Part shown: piece by piece, positions 14,103 to 28,700 of the stretch | How positions within the stretch are numbered: the stretch's first letter is position 1 | Layout of the letters: each line of letters opens with the position of its first letter | Source: Paraspadella gotoi | Taxonomy: Eukaryota; Animalia; Chaetognatha | Assembly (NCBI GenBank): GCA_051294375.1 | Contig: CM119265.1 | Coordinates: 1,790,280 to 1,854,279, forward strand | Reading direction: 5' to 3' | DNA: 64,000 nucleotides | The notes under the pieces: model-generated | The model's database searches: none | What the model saw: only the letters and a program-made list of their open reading frames with translations | Told to the model about the DNA's origin: nothing | Position numbers and translations under genes: made by a program

Positions 14103-16482
14103 ATGAGATTGAAGCGATTTTTACTCCGCTATTACCCACCGGGCATCATCCTCGAGTACGAACAGGGCGGACATATGAGGAGGTAATAATGCCTAATTAT
14201 GGTAGTATTTATCAAATTTTATGAAATTGTTACAACCAATACCAAAATTATTCATTAATTTAAGAAATAGCGGGCTAAATTTTACTTTCGCCGACCGCGG
14301 TTTTGACGGCTTTTGAAAAAACAATTGTTTGTAAAAGTTGTATAACGTTTTTATGAACTGTTTTAATTGTATAAAAATACGACTTCTTCCCTCGCTCCCG
14401 CTGATCTTTTTCATTTCGTTGCTTCATTCAAACGCCCCCCCCCAATCCTATGGCCCCACTCCAGCAAGTCCATCGACCTGCTGGACCTGAAGCCCGAGAC
14501 GGACGTGGATTCGGTGCTGACGGAGATCGTCAAGAGCGAGGCGCTGATCACTCCCTCCCGTCTCGACCAAGTGCGGACGCTCGTCCAGCGTCTCCAGGTG
14601 TCGAAGGAGTTGAGAATATCCAAATGATATGAAATAAATATAAACCAGATTAATTAATAATTTGGTTGTTTATCGTCTGACGCCGCCATCACCATTACCA
14701 GGCCAAACTCGCCCAGAGCGAAGATCACAAGTTCTTTCTCTTCAAAGTTCTTCACGCTCACATTCTTCCGCTCACCAACGTCGCTTTCAACAAGTCGGGT
14801 GAGGAAAGGCAGAGGGCGTTGGAACTCGTCGTACCCAAGCAAAGTTATCCACTTTATAAAAGTGATATTCCACTCTTTCACAGGTTCCAACTTCATCACT
14901 GGCTCTTATGACAGAACTTGCAAAGTCTGGGACACCATGACCGGAGAAGAGATTCACGTTTTAGAAGGTTCACATTACAACACGAATCATAATTTACACA
15001 AGACTAGAACTATATACGTATTTATAATAACAATAATAATAATCTTAGGGCACAAGAACGTCGTGTACGCCCTGTGCTTCAACAATCCCTACGGCGACAA
15101 GATCGCCACGGGATCCTTTGACAAAACCGCCAGACTTTGGTGCACGGAGACCGGAACTTGCTTTCACACATTAAAGGTTTTGTTGACATCTTAAAGCCTT
15201 CTTTTCAGTTTCGCTCGACACCCCTTTCAATAACCAGACTTTCCCTTTCGTTCCTCAAGTGAATGACTTTCCTTAACCTTCCCGCTCGCTCCATCCGCAG
15301 GGCCACACGGCGGAGATTGTGTGCGTGGGGTTCAACCCGCAAAGCACCCTGGTGGCGACAGGGTCCATGGACTCGACGGCGAGATTGTGGGATGTGGAGA
15401 CGGGGGAGGAGACTGCCTGTCTCTCGGGCCACTCGGCTGAAGTCGTCTGCCTTTCTTTCAACACTTACGGGGATTGCTTGTTAACGGGTGAGTGGAAAGA
15501 AATAATAATATCCGGGTGGGTTGAAAAATGGACAAGCCATGAGGTGAAATTAAAAGAAAAGATATTTCTTGTTTTTTAAAAGCCATTTTAAGTCTTATTC
15601 TTAAATGTCATTGCCGTCCCAATCCATTCTCCAGGTTCCTTCGATCACACCGTCATTATCTGGTTCGTAGAGACGGGTCAACCCTTACAGACTCTGATCG
15701 GCCACCGAGGAGAAATAAGTTCGGCGCAGTTTAACTGGGATCACTCGCTCGTCGTCACAGGGTCTATGGATAAAACGGTCAAGGTAAACCGAGTATGGAT
15801 TTCAGGTCATCCTCACGTGAAAACTGAACATCTCTCCCCCTCGATAGGTTTGGGACAGAACGACAGGAAAATGCGTGGGGACTCTCACGGGTCACGACGA
15901 CGAAGTCTTGGACGTTTCCTTCGATTTGACGGGACAATACATCGCATCAGCCTCCGCCGATTCTACCGTCCGGGTATCTTTCGTGGATTTTCCTTTTTTT
16001 CTTTTTTTTTTCAACTGGTCCTCTCCATAAATTTTAAATGGATAGTGAATATAAAAATATAGAATTAAATACGGGGTTTCCCCCTTTTTTTTTCCTCCGC
16101 AGATATACAGCGCCTTCACCCAAGAACTAATCGCCGTGGCCGAGGGGCACGACGGCGAGATTTCCAAGATCGCCTTCAATCCACAGGGAACCAAGTTGTT
16201 GACCGCCTCCTCGGACAAGACGGCCAGACTTTGGGACGTCGCCACCGGCCAGTGCATCCAGGTAGGGAGAGGGGGGACATACAATGAGGGAGAGATAAAC
16301 ATGACGCCGATACCAAAATATTTGTCCCCTATCTCATCCCATCCCCATTCCATCCCCATTCCACCATGTTTCCCCAGATTCTCGAGGGTCACAAGGAAGA
16401 GATTTTCAGTTGCGCATTCAACTACGAAGGGACGGCGATCATCACGGGCAGCAAAGACAACACTTGTCGAGTTTGGACTTAA
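14103..16482 (+). CDS. DAW1: Dynein assembly factor with WD repeats 1 (WDR69/ODA16), about 10 exons
   Basis: [91 protein letters not shown], matching DAW1 along its length. Confidence 0.95.
14272..14320 (+). mobile_element. Partial copy (one end) of the MITE family at 41232-41358
   Basis: GGCTAAATTTTACTTTCGCCGACCG matches the left terminal repeat at 41232. Confidence 0.6.
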
Positions 16483-17746
16483 TGCTACGCTGCTACGCTG
16501 CTACGGGCGATGCCGACGAAAAGCCTCTCGTGTTGATCCAGAGTTTTAGTCAAAAGACCCAAAGTTTACCCCCCCCCCTATTTGCACTCTCCGCCGTCCA
16601 AATTTTTCTAGCTAATATGAAATGTATAAAATAAATAACACTATCGCTTTACTATTTATATGATATTATAAATTAGTCCTAATTCTGATGACTCGGAACA
16701 AAATTCGCCAGAGAGCGAATACACCATTTTATCAAGGATGAAAAATGTATTTTCCTTGGCTCGGCTGTTTTGATTTTGTCTTTAATTAAACGTTGCAAAG
16801 CATAACTTGATACTTCAGTTGGTACTTAATACCGAACACAAACTAAAATCTTCAGGGTATAAAGTTATTTGTAACTAGCTAAAACAAAGAAGCTGGTGCA
16901 ATTTAAAAAACTAGAAATCTCGAATTTAAAGCTAACTGAAACTATGTTTGCTGAATAATATATTTATGAAATCTAAATAGAAATAACATTTTATGGCTAA
17001 GTGTAGCTGGTGTGTCAAAGCTTCCTTATATCTTATTATATTGATTAAGAAATAATTATTTACAAAACATTTCAAGTAATACTTTTTTTAGAAATATAAT
17101 TCCAGGTAAAGAGGAAACAACTGCAAAAAAAAATTCAAAATGTATAACAACAAATGAAAGATGTGCGATGTGAGAATCAGTGAGAAAATATGGAATGTAT
17201 GAAAATATGAATGCAATACTAAAGAACCAACATCATAATTTTTCGATTAACGAACTGGAAAATAAGCAATGCCCACTTGCCCAGACACAAGTTTCCCTGC
17301 CAAGTTTCTCCTTCAAGTCGTCGGACCGTCGCCGAAGGCCCAATGATACAATATAAAAGTTCTTCAAAAATCAATCACCTTTATTTCTAGTGAATAAAGC
17401 TAGTAAAAAACTATCAACGAGATATAGATCCCTCACACCCGAAATTCTAAACTGACCTAAAAAGCAGTGTGTTCGTCTAAAATTACGACTAATTGTAAGG
17501 ATGAATAAAGTATACATCCCGATTAAATCAGACCGCTATGACATCGACTAACCGTAAAAATCTTCTCTCCCGATGAGATCTCTTATCACAACAGCTTAAT
17601 CATTTTTTTTAAGCTTCATTTATTTCTCTGTTACACTTTTCACAAGTTCAGTCTTTGGCGAATCTGTCTCCATCATCTCCCCGCTCCAAATTATTTTCTT
17701 TATCTTCCCCCCCCTTTCCGTGAAAATTCTTCCCACTCGCTCACGC

Positions 17747-20700
17747 TCAAGTCTCGGCGCTTCTTTTGGCCCAGACCCTCCCCTCCCTTCCGCCCATGAG
17801 ATGCTCGTCGTAGAAGACCCTGATCTCCTTCTCGGGAAATGATTTGGCGAGGACCTGCAGCAGGGATTCCTCGATGAGGTCGAAGTGAGGTTTGGAGGTG
17901 TAGCCGTCGCGCATCGATCGGCAGATGGTCACGATGCCTTTTAGTTCGGTGGAAGGGGGGGGAAATAAGATGGGTTTCGCGTGGAAGGGAACCGTGGGTT
18001 TGGCGGGCATTACATAAACTGCTTTGCATGATCATCACGGCTCATTCCTCCACTATTGTCTTTTATTTCGCAATAGTTTGTTTTCTTCCTTACCCGGGGT
18101 AGGGAAATTCCTGGTGGAGAGAAGCTTTTGCAGTTTCTGAAGGCGGTGTTGATCTCGTCTTTGGAGGCGTAATAATTAGAGACGGCAGAGTCGCCGGGTT
18201 CGTTGGCGCCGATGCAGACGCCGAACTGGCGGAGATCTTCAGCGGGGGAGAAAAGGTGATGATGATGAAACTCGCATGTAAGCTCAGAGAAAGAATGTAG
18301 AAAAGCGAATGGAAAAGGAAAATAAGAACTTAATACTTAAGTTAATAGTTAAAAAACTAACATCGACAATGCACAACCTCCTATCGCCTTTTCACCCTCA
18401 CCTTCCATATAATCGAATCCAAGCGTCTGCGGGCTGGAGCGAAGGCAGAACCCCACCCGCTGCAGGCCCCGCAGCTGCATTTCCGTGAGATTCGTCAGCA
18501 GCTTGGTGAGGCTCATCACGCGACCCGTGAGGAGGGGAGTGTCGCCAGAGCAGAAGATGCGGAGACGGTGTCGACGGCGCGCTTGAGGAAGGGAGTCACG
18601 AAGGCGCCAACATCCTGGGAGAGAAACAGATTGTGGGTGAATGATCGAATGAAGGATGGAATGAATGAGAAAAAAGAATCATTGAATGAATAAAGAGCTG
18701 ACCCGCAAAATAGTCTCGCAAGATCCAAGGTCCTTGTGCACCAAAGGTCTGCTCACTGTCGTTTTGCAGTCGATAAGGACCAAATCGATGAGGGAACCTA
18801 AAGAGGGGGGAAAAAATGCAAAGTCTTCCAGAACAAAACCCTTTCCTCTCCAGTCGCAAAAGAGGAACAAGAACGGTAATTCCAATGCGTTGTACCGCAG
18901 TGACTTTATCATATTTATTTCCGGATGATCACGTTCAATTCGCACTGCATCGGAATTCCATCTCTTATTCTTTATACAATTTCTTTTCAAAATAAAAGGT
19001 AGCGCTAGCAATCGCTTATATTCCAAGTTCTTTCCGCATCAACAAACCGACCGACCAAGAAAAAGTCATTCATTGAGTTGCTTCGCTTGTACTCGAGGCG
19101 CAACTAAAAACCCAACCATATAAAACTGACCCAAGAGCTTATCGCTCTCCGTCTCTGCCTCGGTCGTGATGGGACAAAAGAGCGAGCCGACGATCTTGGA
19201 GATTTCCTCCAGCGTCGACCATTGAAGACCCGAGGTCCGTTCGAGGACGACGGCGGGGTTCTCCGTCCCGAAGAAGTCAAGGTCTATGTCGAGGATGAAG
19301 GAGGAGGCGGAGGAGGAAGAGGAGGAGAGGGGGGAGGGAAACCAGTTGCCGGAAATCATCTTGGAATGAGTGAAGGAGTCCTGAGTGGGGGGGACGCATG
19401 ATTATCTCCTTCTTTTCTCTTCTTTTCCAACTTTATAAATTTATATTTGACGTATTATCGACAAACGGAGAAAAAAAAAGCGTCTGGTCGAGTCAAGTTT
19501 CCACGCGACTATAAAACCGAGCGTTTTAGTTCATTTGGCTTCTTTTTTCTCTCTCTCACGGTTTCCGTGATAAACTTCCAAGAGTCTTCCTTCCCGAACT
19601 TACCCTGACGATCTCGAAAACTCCCTTGACCCCGACTTTGCAATCCTTCTCCGGGACGTGATAATCCTCCAAAGGGTCGGACGTGTTAAGAAATTGACAA
19701 CTCTTTCCCGTTCGATCCGTAAAGCAGACGCAGAAAGCTTTTTCGTCTTCGTCGTCGGAGACTTTCATGCGAACGCGAGTCATCCCAACCTGGATATTTT
19801 TTTAAAGGGTGAGGGAGGATGGGCTGGTGGTTCGTGCGTGGACCCATTGAGTATAACATCAGCTCATGACCATCAGGTACCGGGATAGATCCTCAATGTT
19901 ACCTAGCGGGAGGACGGCCGTAAACCGCCTTGGGGCCGTGGCAAACACTCAAGCCTGGTTACAAGCCCAGGACCCATTCCATGGTTGCTTAAAGGGGGGG
20001 GGTTAAGGCCATTTGGCTTGAAGGGGGGTTAAGGCCATTTGGCTTGAAGGGGGTTAAGGCCATTTGGCTTGAAAGGGGGGTTAAGGCCATTTGGCTTGAA
20101 GGGGGGTTAAGGCCATTTGGCGCCTTATCCACACTGCGATGCTCGACTACAGCAGCAATAGGCTAGAATAAGAGGCTCCCCAGTCACGAACGTTGGTCTT
20201 TCCCCCCTTTCTCAGCTCACTTTCCTGCCTCTCAAACTGTAAGTGAACACCAACCGATTAATCTCAATTAATCAATAATCTACCTATAATTTACTCGGGT
20301 CTCAAATTTTTTAAAGAAACTAGGCAAACTACATTTAACTATCAGGTAGTACGGGTTAGATACGAGTCAACCCAAATTCAATCATCGGTCCACGTTTTAT
20401 ATCTAGTCAGCTTCGTTCGGGGGGAATCAATCTCACCTCGAGAGTCTGATGCAAATAATCCCCCGTCTCTTCGTGCTCGGACTCGTCCCACGAAGGCCAA
20501 CTCCAGACGACTCGATGAAGAAAGTTGCTGATGATGGACCCTGAATTAAGTAATAATAAATAATATTTAATGAATCAAATTGAATAGCTCGTCTCTCACC
20601 GACGATGAAGACGTCGTTCCTCTGCATCATCATTCTGACTTGGCCGATCGACGACGCGGATCGAAAGAGGGGAAATCGAGGAGCGGGTTGAGGCGGCGCC

Positions 20701-21515
20701 ATGTCGGAGTGGGCGTCGATGTGGAGGAGGGTGTTGTGGCGGGGGAGGAGTTTGCCGGACCAGGCCGCTAGGTGCCAGTAGGGGAGAACCTGGGGAGGGA
20801 AGGGAAAGGGGAGGGCGAGAGGGAAGTAAAAGTGAGGAAATTAAGAAAAAGGAGAGAAAAAATAAATGACAGGAAAAAAAGAAAAGATAAGAAAAAGAGG
20901 AGAAAGGAATGGAATGAAATGGAGTAGTAGTAGAAAAGAAGAAAAGATAAGAAAATAAAAGAAGAAAAGATAAGGAAAGAAAAAAAGAAAAGATAAGAAA
21001 AAGAAGAGAAAGGAATGGAGTAGTATTTAGTAGTAGAAAAAGAAAGAAAGAGAAAAGGAAGATGAGAGAAGAAAACGACGAGAAAACTCTTTTCACTAAA
21101 CACGATGTCTAAACAATTTTATTACAAAATTTTCACTGTTTGCCAAACAATTTTTACAAATCATATTTAGTGTTTACTGGACATTGGATACTAAATGTAG
21201 TATGTAATATACTAAAACAATTTTTAGCCGACAATGTTTACAATTTTTTTTTACAATTTTTACCAAACAATGCCTCCTTAACAAATTTTAAATGTCTACA
21301 ATAAACAATGTTCAAACAATTTCTACTAAACCAACCACAAAAAATTCTCATTTCCGAGAACCAACCTCGTGATGTTCCTCGACGACGACGACGTCCAACA
21401 CGTGGTGTCGCCACCTGTGATCCTCGTAGACGCGAACGCCGAGGACGAGTAGGAGGAAGAGGAGGAGGAGGAGGACGAGGAGGCCGATGCGACGACGACG
21501 ACGAAACCAACGCAT
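17747..21515 (-). CDS. UPF0489/C5orf22-family protein with N-terminal signal anchor (about 9 exons)
   Basis: VVVVEEHHE|VLPYW, LLHIDAHSD, ILDIDLDFFGTENP and TICRSMRDGY motifs of UPF0489; N-terminus [27 protein letters not shown]. Confidence 0.8.
19805..19990 (-). mobile_element. Dispersed repeat family B (SINE-like), copy 1
   Basis: Reverse complement aligns by eye with 40658-40840 and 47524-47680 (shared CAATGGA..., GCGGTTTACGGCC, GGTCATGAGCTGATG, CTCAA...GGGTC). Confidence 0.65.
19995..20120. repeat. About 26-bp minisatellite (GGGGGTTAAGGCCATTTGGCTTGAA) x5
   Basis: Five near-identical units that differ mainly in G-run length. Confidence 0.9.
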
Positions 21516-22719
21516 CGTGGGAGGCGGCGATGGAGGCTTCGTCGTTTTCGGCGGTGGGTGAGAATTGGAAAGGAAAAGATCTTTACTCTTTAGTTTAGGT
21601 TTGTCAAAGTTTATTTTGTTTGTTTATTAGTTTATGATATCATCGATCGATTACGAATTCGATCTCTCGTCCCTTTATTCATTTTTTTTATTTTTTATAT
21701 TCGGTCACCGAGAACATCCCGTTGCGAGGTTCACGACGACCTCATTTCCAAATGGAGTTTTGATCGATGGCGCGTAGATTTAAAAAGAGGGAAGGGAGTA
21801 AATACAAAAATCATTTATCGTCCTTAAAAAAAAAGAGAGAGATAGAGAAACGTGAAGAGAAATTGGAGAAATTGTATCGCAGTCTCGACTTTGGCTTCTC
21901 GATCGATCGATCGATGACTCTCATCAAATTTGAACGGAGGGATCTCCGCATCTCACAAGGATTAAGATCAAACGGGGCATATATATAGAGACCAAAATAT
22001 TACATAAATACGCGTTCGGTAATAAAGACGACCCTTTCAATCACAAAGCGACTATTTGATCAATTTAAAATGTATTAAGGTTTTTAAAAAATACAAAATC
22101 ATCGGTGGTCATTCCGGTTTTTTTCCAACGACTAAAAAAAAAACTACAATGTGAAATGGAGGGGGGGAATGCAATACAAATATTGACGCGATGGATCCAT
22201 CGCAAAAAAAAAGGAATGATAGAAGCGGTATTAAACAAAATGTATAATTGCGTTGATAGAATATGTCATTTAAAATATATTTATCAATCCGAAAGATCGA
22301 AACGAAGCCTCTCTCGATCGATAAAAACAAAAGGAACGCGACCGCGCGAGAGATCAACCACTTTACACTTTTTTTGTAAGATTTTTCTTTCTAACTCTCA
22401 CGAAACCGAATGAGTCATTTCACAAACTTAGACTCAAAACAAAAGGTAAAAAAAAAATTATAATATATTTTTGACAAAAAGAAAGAGTGTAAAAAAGTAG
22501 TTCAAATTGGCGCCATTTCTCCGAATTTCCTTTCTCCCCCCCTCACTCGGGCATCCTCGCCCCCGCCCCGCCTTCCTTCCCCCCAAGAGTTCCACATTTA
22601 ACGCGCGTATAAATCGAAGGATGAATAAAAATGTGTTCAAGTGTTTTTAGCGTCGCGTCGATCGCCGACGAAAATTTCCACTAATTGAGTGAGAGACCAA
22701 TGGCTTCTGTTACGCCAAC

Positions 22720-25700
22720 CTACGCCAAAGTGACGGTAAAGTCCATGGCGACGTTGACGCCCGGTTTGCGAATGATGAGGACGCGAGTGTGGGGATCGAA
22801 GTCCGACTGGAGCGGAGTCGTGGAGCCGGACGACCGAAGGATGACCGACTTGGGGGCGGAGGAGTAGCCGAAGATGGTGATCTAAAGGAGCGGAAGCAAG
22901 GATTCAGAGGAGCGAAAAGAAGAAGAATCGAGGAGGAGCGGAAAACCTTTTCGATCCAGGCGTTGGTGACGAAGGCGCCCATGTGGTCGGCCGACTTGGC
23001 CTCGAAGACGCCGTTCTTGAGTTTGAAGGAGCGATGGAGGAAATGACCGTCGCGGTAGGAAAAGGTCCTTCCGTCGTCAAGGTAGAGGGAGCCGGAGGCT
23101 GAAAAGTGGAGGAAAGGAGGAGGAAAGGAGGAGGAAAGGAAAGGGAAGGAGGAAGAAAGGAGGAAGAAAGGAGAGGAAAGGAGGAAGAAAGGAGAGGGAA
23201 GGAGGAACAATAAATCCTCTCAAAATTTAAATTTTTAAAATAAGAAATTATGTTTAAATAATAAAAAAAACATTAAAATTTGTACAGTAATCTACTGCTA
23301 TATGCAAATGTGATTACAGCGTTTAATCTCAATACGATTTGAATCAAATCCTTACTCGTTAAAACAAAAACAGCCGACCATACCCACACTTCTCTCCCTT
23401 CCCACCTCTTACTCACCCTCCCCCGTGCTGGGATCCAACGCCACCACCAGAGAGAAAGGATCGTGTTCCATGAGACTCGAGGCCCGGCGGATCCGGTTCC
23501 GGTAGGGAACGATGGTGCCGCCTCTTTGGAAAACCGGAACCGTTTCCAGACCCACGCTAAGAGTCGACTTGACGCCGCCGTGGGCCGACAGGGCGCCGGT
23601 TTTGGCGTCGTACCAGACGTCGGTGGCGCCGCCTGGCGGTCGGTGAAAAAAGGGTCAGAGACGAATTCGGTATCGTTGTTGAATACAAATTCGTGTTGGC
23701 ATCGAGGAACATTTGTTCTTTAATATAAATAATAATAGATTCATTATTATTTCTTTATCATTTATTAATTCGTTTCAATTTCAGTGAAATGAGTGTCCCG
23801 CAAAATAATTATTAAATGATGAAGATAATGCAATAAATATAAGAAATTGAAGGTTAATGGAGCACTCTGAATCATCAGTAACTATTTAGAGATAGTTTAG
23901 AGAGAGTGTTATATAATTTTTTATGGTTTAACAATCAATCAATCATCGATCAAAAACAATTATAAATGTTTTCACGAACCAGGGAAATAAACGACGACGG
24001 AGGTGGCGCCTTGTTGGGTGACGGGATGAACCAAAAGCGCCGCGCCCACCATGTATTCGTCTTGAGTGGCGAATCCGTTGGGATCCTTGGGAAACTCGGC
24101 CCACAGGGGTCGCATGGGCGGCGTACCGTTCACCGCCGCCTCGCGGAATAGGGTGTACCAGTAGGGCAGCAGGGCGTAGCGGTTACGCAGGGCTTGGCGG
24201 ACGATTTGCAAGTTCCTGCGAGGGAGGGAAGAGAGGGAAAGGGAAAAGGTAAGGTTCCTGAAGGTAAATCAGAAGAAAAGACGGAAAAGCCAAGAGAGGC
24301 AAACCATTTGGTCTATCAGATCCATCTACTGGGTCCATTTCCTGCGATGATAGAGAGACATTCTTAAGGAGTTATGTAAGGTTATGAATGCTACCATGAG
24401 TATTGAGGAAGACATCATTTATGGTTTTAATAAACAGAACGGAAGGTAAGAAAAATGCTCACTTATTCGGCAGCAGCCAGGGTTCTCGTCGTTTGGTGTC
24501 TATGTGGGCGTGGGATCGAAAGAAAGGCTGATACGCAGCAGCCTGATACCATCTCGTCTGCAACTCGGCGTCGGGATTCTTAAAGAAGCCGCCGACGTCC
24601 GCTCCCACGAAGGTCACGCCTTGAAGGGGGGAGGTGGGGGGGAAATAATATGAAGGGAAAAGGGTGCCTTTTTCTTTTTCCCTCTCTAATTTCCTATCTT
24701 TTAGGCCTGCTCTTTATTCATCTGTTCCTAATTTTAGAGTAAGAAATCTCTTTTCAATCAGATTTGTCTCTCTCTCCGTCTCCCATTTCAATATTAATAA
24801 CTTCCCCCGCCCAACTCTTCCCCCAATCATCCCAATTCACCGGCGACACCGACGGACAGCAGCATCGGAATGGACATCTCCAAATGCGACCACTCGGCGG
24901 TGTTGTCTCCCGTCCAAATGGCGCCCGCGCGCTGACTTCCGGCGAAGAAGGCGCGGCTGAGGACGAAGGGGCGCTCTTGGCGGCCGGATCTTCGGATGAG
25001 ACCCTCGGAGGTCGACATGGCCACGTACATCCCGTAGAGGTTGTGGACTTCGCGATGCTCGACGCCGCCTGAGGAAGAAAAAAAAAAAAGATATTAGTTT
25101 CGTAACGATTATTTATCAATTATTCATAAGTTATTAATTATTTCCGCGCCCATCCCCTCGTCGTACCGATGTGTAACGCGTCCTTCTCCATGGTGACTTC
25201 CGGACCATTAAAGACCGAGGGTTCGTTCATGTCGTTCCAAGTGAAGAGGTTTTTCGTAGATCCTGTCGACAGAAAAGACAATTCACGCGTTCAACTCGAT
25301 TCCGGTTCCACAGTCTTCACAATCTCTCCTCAGATCCTCACCCTTGTACTTATCGAGGGCGAATTGATCTGCCCACCAATTCCTGACTCTCTCGTCGGTG
25401 AAGTCGGGATAGGATGAGCTGCCCGGCCAACACCAACCGTCGTACTCGTTCCCGTTCTTGTGACTGATGAGAAATTTGTTGTCCTTCGCCTCGCGGTACA
25501 CGTGATAGTCGGTGTCGCGTTTGATGTGAGGATCAACGATGGTCACCATCTTGCGACCCTGGGGATGACGGGATGGTGAAGAAGGACGGTGAATGTATAA
25601 AATAAAATACTATTTGTAATTTCTACCATTAACAGCGACCTTGGAGAATTCACAACAATCTCCCTCTAACAAACACTCATTGAAATATTACGTAATTCAA

Positions 25701-28700
25701 CTTTATCAACTACCAATGACAATTTATCGAACACCGACAAAAAAGAAAATCTATACCAAATAAACCACAAATCAATTAATCGACCAATCAGCAGCAAGTA
25801 TCAATCGACCAATGAGCGCAACCCAATCGAACTCACCTTCGACGCGACCTTGTCGATCATCCTCGCCGAATCGGGGAACTTCTGTGCGTCCCAGGTGAAG
25901 TACCTTTTGCCCCTCGTGTGCTCGATGTCCAACCAGATGACGTCGACGGGAATGTCGAACTTGTCGAAGTTGTTGTCGACGCCGAGGATGTCCTCCTCGT
26001 CGTTGTAGTTCCATCGGCATTGGTGGTAGGCGAGGGCGAAGGAAGGTGGGAGGGGGGTGGTGCCTGGAGGGAGGAGGAGGAGGAGGGGGAATCATGACGC
26101 CGTTGAATTCAGTTCCAATGGACAAAAATAAGGTCAACCTTTCAAGGGCTAAAAAGAAAGCGATGGCAGTTGAAGGTTCGGGGTTCACCCCAGTTGGTCA
26201 CTCTCTCTCTCTCTTACGATCCCCTTTCCCAATACTCTACCGAACATGGAAGTCTTAGGGACGTAATTACTCACCAGTGACCCGACCGTACTGACGGAAA
26301 ACGTCCTTGGCCGTCGGACCCATGAAAATGAACAAGTCGAGCAAACCTTGGGAGAGACGAAAAATAAAATTGGTAGGATTAATTTTAGATTTTAAGTAGA
26401 TATTTTCGACTGACCCGCTTCCGCCATCCAATGAGTGTCGACGTCGGGTCTTTGCTTTTCGCTGCTCGATGACGTCATGATGTCGTAGATCTGAACGAAG
26501 ATGAACTATTTCAAAAATCACAGATGAACTACAATTCATTCGCTACTAAAAAAAAATATATCTTTGTGTCCGATATCTCGGGGTTAAATCACTTGTCCTA
26601 TCATGAATTGGCTAAAAAGAAATGAGTCTACAAACCGCATTTCCTTCATGAACTTTTTAGTAGTGAAAGGTAAGTCTCAGGGAAAGTCACTTACTTTTTC
26701 GACGATCGTAAAAGTGAACAACTTTGCGTTTTAAAATCGAGAGAAGGAATGAAAAAGTACGATGAATAAAATTATAGCCGACTTACCCTAGTTAATTAAT
26801 ATGTCTCGTCTTTCCTCCGGTTACCTTTCTTCTTCCCGGTTGTGATCTTACCTTGGACATGACCCCCTTATCCGTGACGGTGTTTGAGATGTCCACCCAC
26901 ATTTCCGCGGCGTTGTTGAGGAAGATGCCCACCGTCCCGTCAGCTTCGTTGTGAGCCAACATGTAAGGGACTGAGCCGTAGAGGGCCATTGGATTGTTCA
27001 GCTCGTACTCGAACACGTCTGGGAGGAAATGAGGGGAGAAAAAGAAAGGAAAGGAAAAGAAAGGGGAGGAATGAAAAAGGGAGAAAAGGAAAGGGGAGGA
27101 AAGGAAAGGGGAGGAGAGGAAAGGAAAGGAAAGGAGAGAAAGGGAAAGGAGGAAAGGGAGGGGAGAAAAGGAAATGAAAGAGAGGGGAGGAAAGGAAAGG
27201 AAATGAAAGAAAAGGGGAGGAAAGGAAAAAATAGGGGAGGGGAGGAAAGGAAAGGGAGGACCCGGGTGAGGAAAGAAGAGTAACGGAAATGGATAAGAAA
27301 TAATAATAATTGTAATGGAAATAAAAGAGAAAATGAAAAGAAAAGAAATCTCACCGAGATTATAAAGTCTGTACGGATCCGTGGATGTGGTTGACCGAAG
27401 GGAGAACGAATCGGCGTGCTCCGGGATTCCGTAGACGTGTTGAAATCCCTGTAGGGAAAATCCCATAGAAGAAAAAAAAAGGGGGAAATAAAAAATCCTT
27501 TTAAAGAACAAATTTTCAATTTCAATTCAAAGAATCAATTTTGTTAAAGACAAAAAGGGAAAACAAAATTATGGACCAAAAAGTAAAAAAATGTAGTGAA
27601 AAATCCGGTTAAATCCGGTTAGAGAGAAAATGTGAGCGACTCTTCGATTCAAGAACCTGAAAGGAGACGTCGATCCCGACGGACGACGGACCGCGAGGAC
27701 GAGAGTCAACGTGAGATTTCCACGATTCCGTGATTCCTTTCTCGTCGTGAGCTCCTGCCTCTTCATCGTGGTGGTGAGAGTCATCCGCTGAAAATGGGGG
27801 AAGGGCATTAGGGTCAGCTCTCGCTCTCTCTCTCTCGCTCTCACCATTCCCATCTTCATTCTCCTTCTTCACTTCCGCCGGCTTCGCCTCCTCGTGCTTC
27901 TTCTTATAGTGTTCCCAAAGCAGCTTTCCCTTCGCGTTGATGCTGATCAAAGCTTCGCCGGATTCGCCGATCAGGTCGATTCTTCGGGAGGCAGGGGGGG
28001 GGAGAAAAGAAAAAATTGGCCACAATGACCGGTGATTCCAAAACCATCTTCTTCCATGTTACCCTTCTTACCCACATTACAAGAAGGGTGATTCGACTGA
28101 GCATTGAGCAAGTATAGTTTTCTGCGCTCTATCAACCTTTATGTAAGAATTATATAACATCTGTTTTAACGAACGGTTCGGCGCTAAATAATACAATATG
28201 CAAATGAGATTGAGGGTTTCAATCTAGTTTAAGATGATCTCTAATTTTAAGATGATTTTTATTAATGATCTATAATTCAAGATGATCTCTAATGATGATT
28301 TATAATTTAGGGTGATCTCTATTAATGATCAATATTCTATAATTAAGAATAATCTCTTCCTCTAACCTGAACGGCTTCGGGTAGACGATGACCTTCGTCT
28401 TTTCGCCCAAATCTAAAGAGACGACGCCGTCGGCGCCGGTCGTTCGTTTGAACGGAAGTGGGCGTGGCGGCGTCGCCAATGAATCTTTGACTTCGAAACG
28501 CGGATGGGCGCCGTCGACCTCGTTGAGGACGACTCTGAAGGTAGGGTGGGAGGGATAGATGGGAGAGATTATAAAAAAAGGGAAAGAGAAAAAAGAAAGG
28601 AAATAAGGAGAAGGAAAGAAAAAAATAGAAAAATCAAATTAAAAAAAGAGAAAAACTCCACCTGACGCTATTATCCTCCAGCCTCCAAATCTCCAGTCGC

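Noticed and set aside
19995-20120. CRISPR-like array
   Set aside because: Units are directly adjacent with no unique spacers, in a eukaryotic intron. The same applies to 50745-50899.
24316-24425. C/D-box snoRNA candidate in a GANAB intron (ATGATG...CTGA on the minus strand)
   Set aside because: C box is imperfect, the terminal stem is weak, and no guide complementarity is recognisable.
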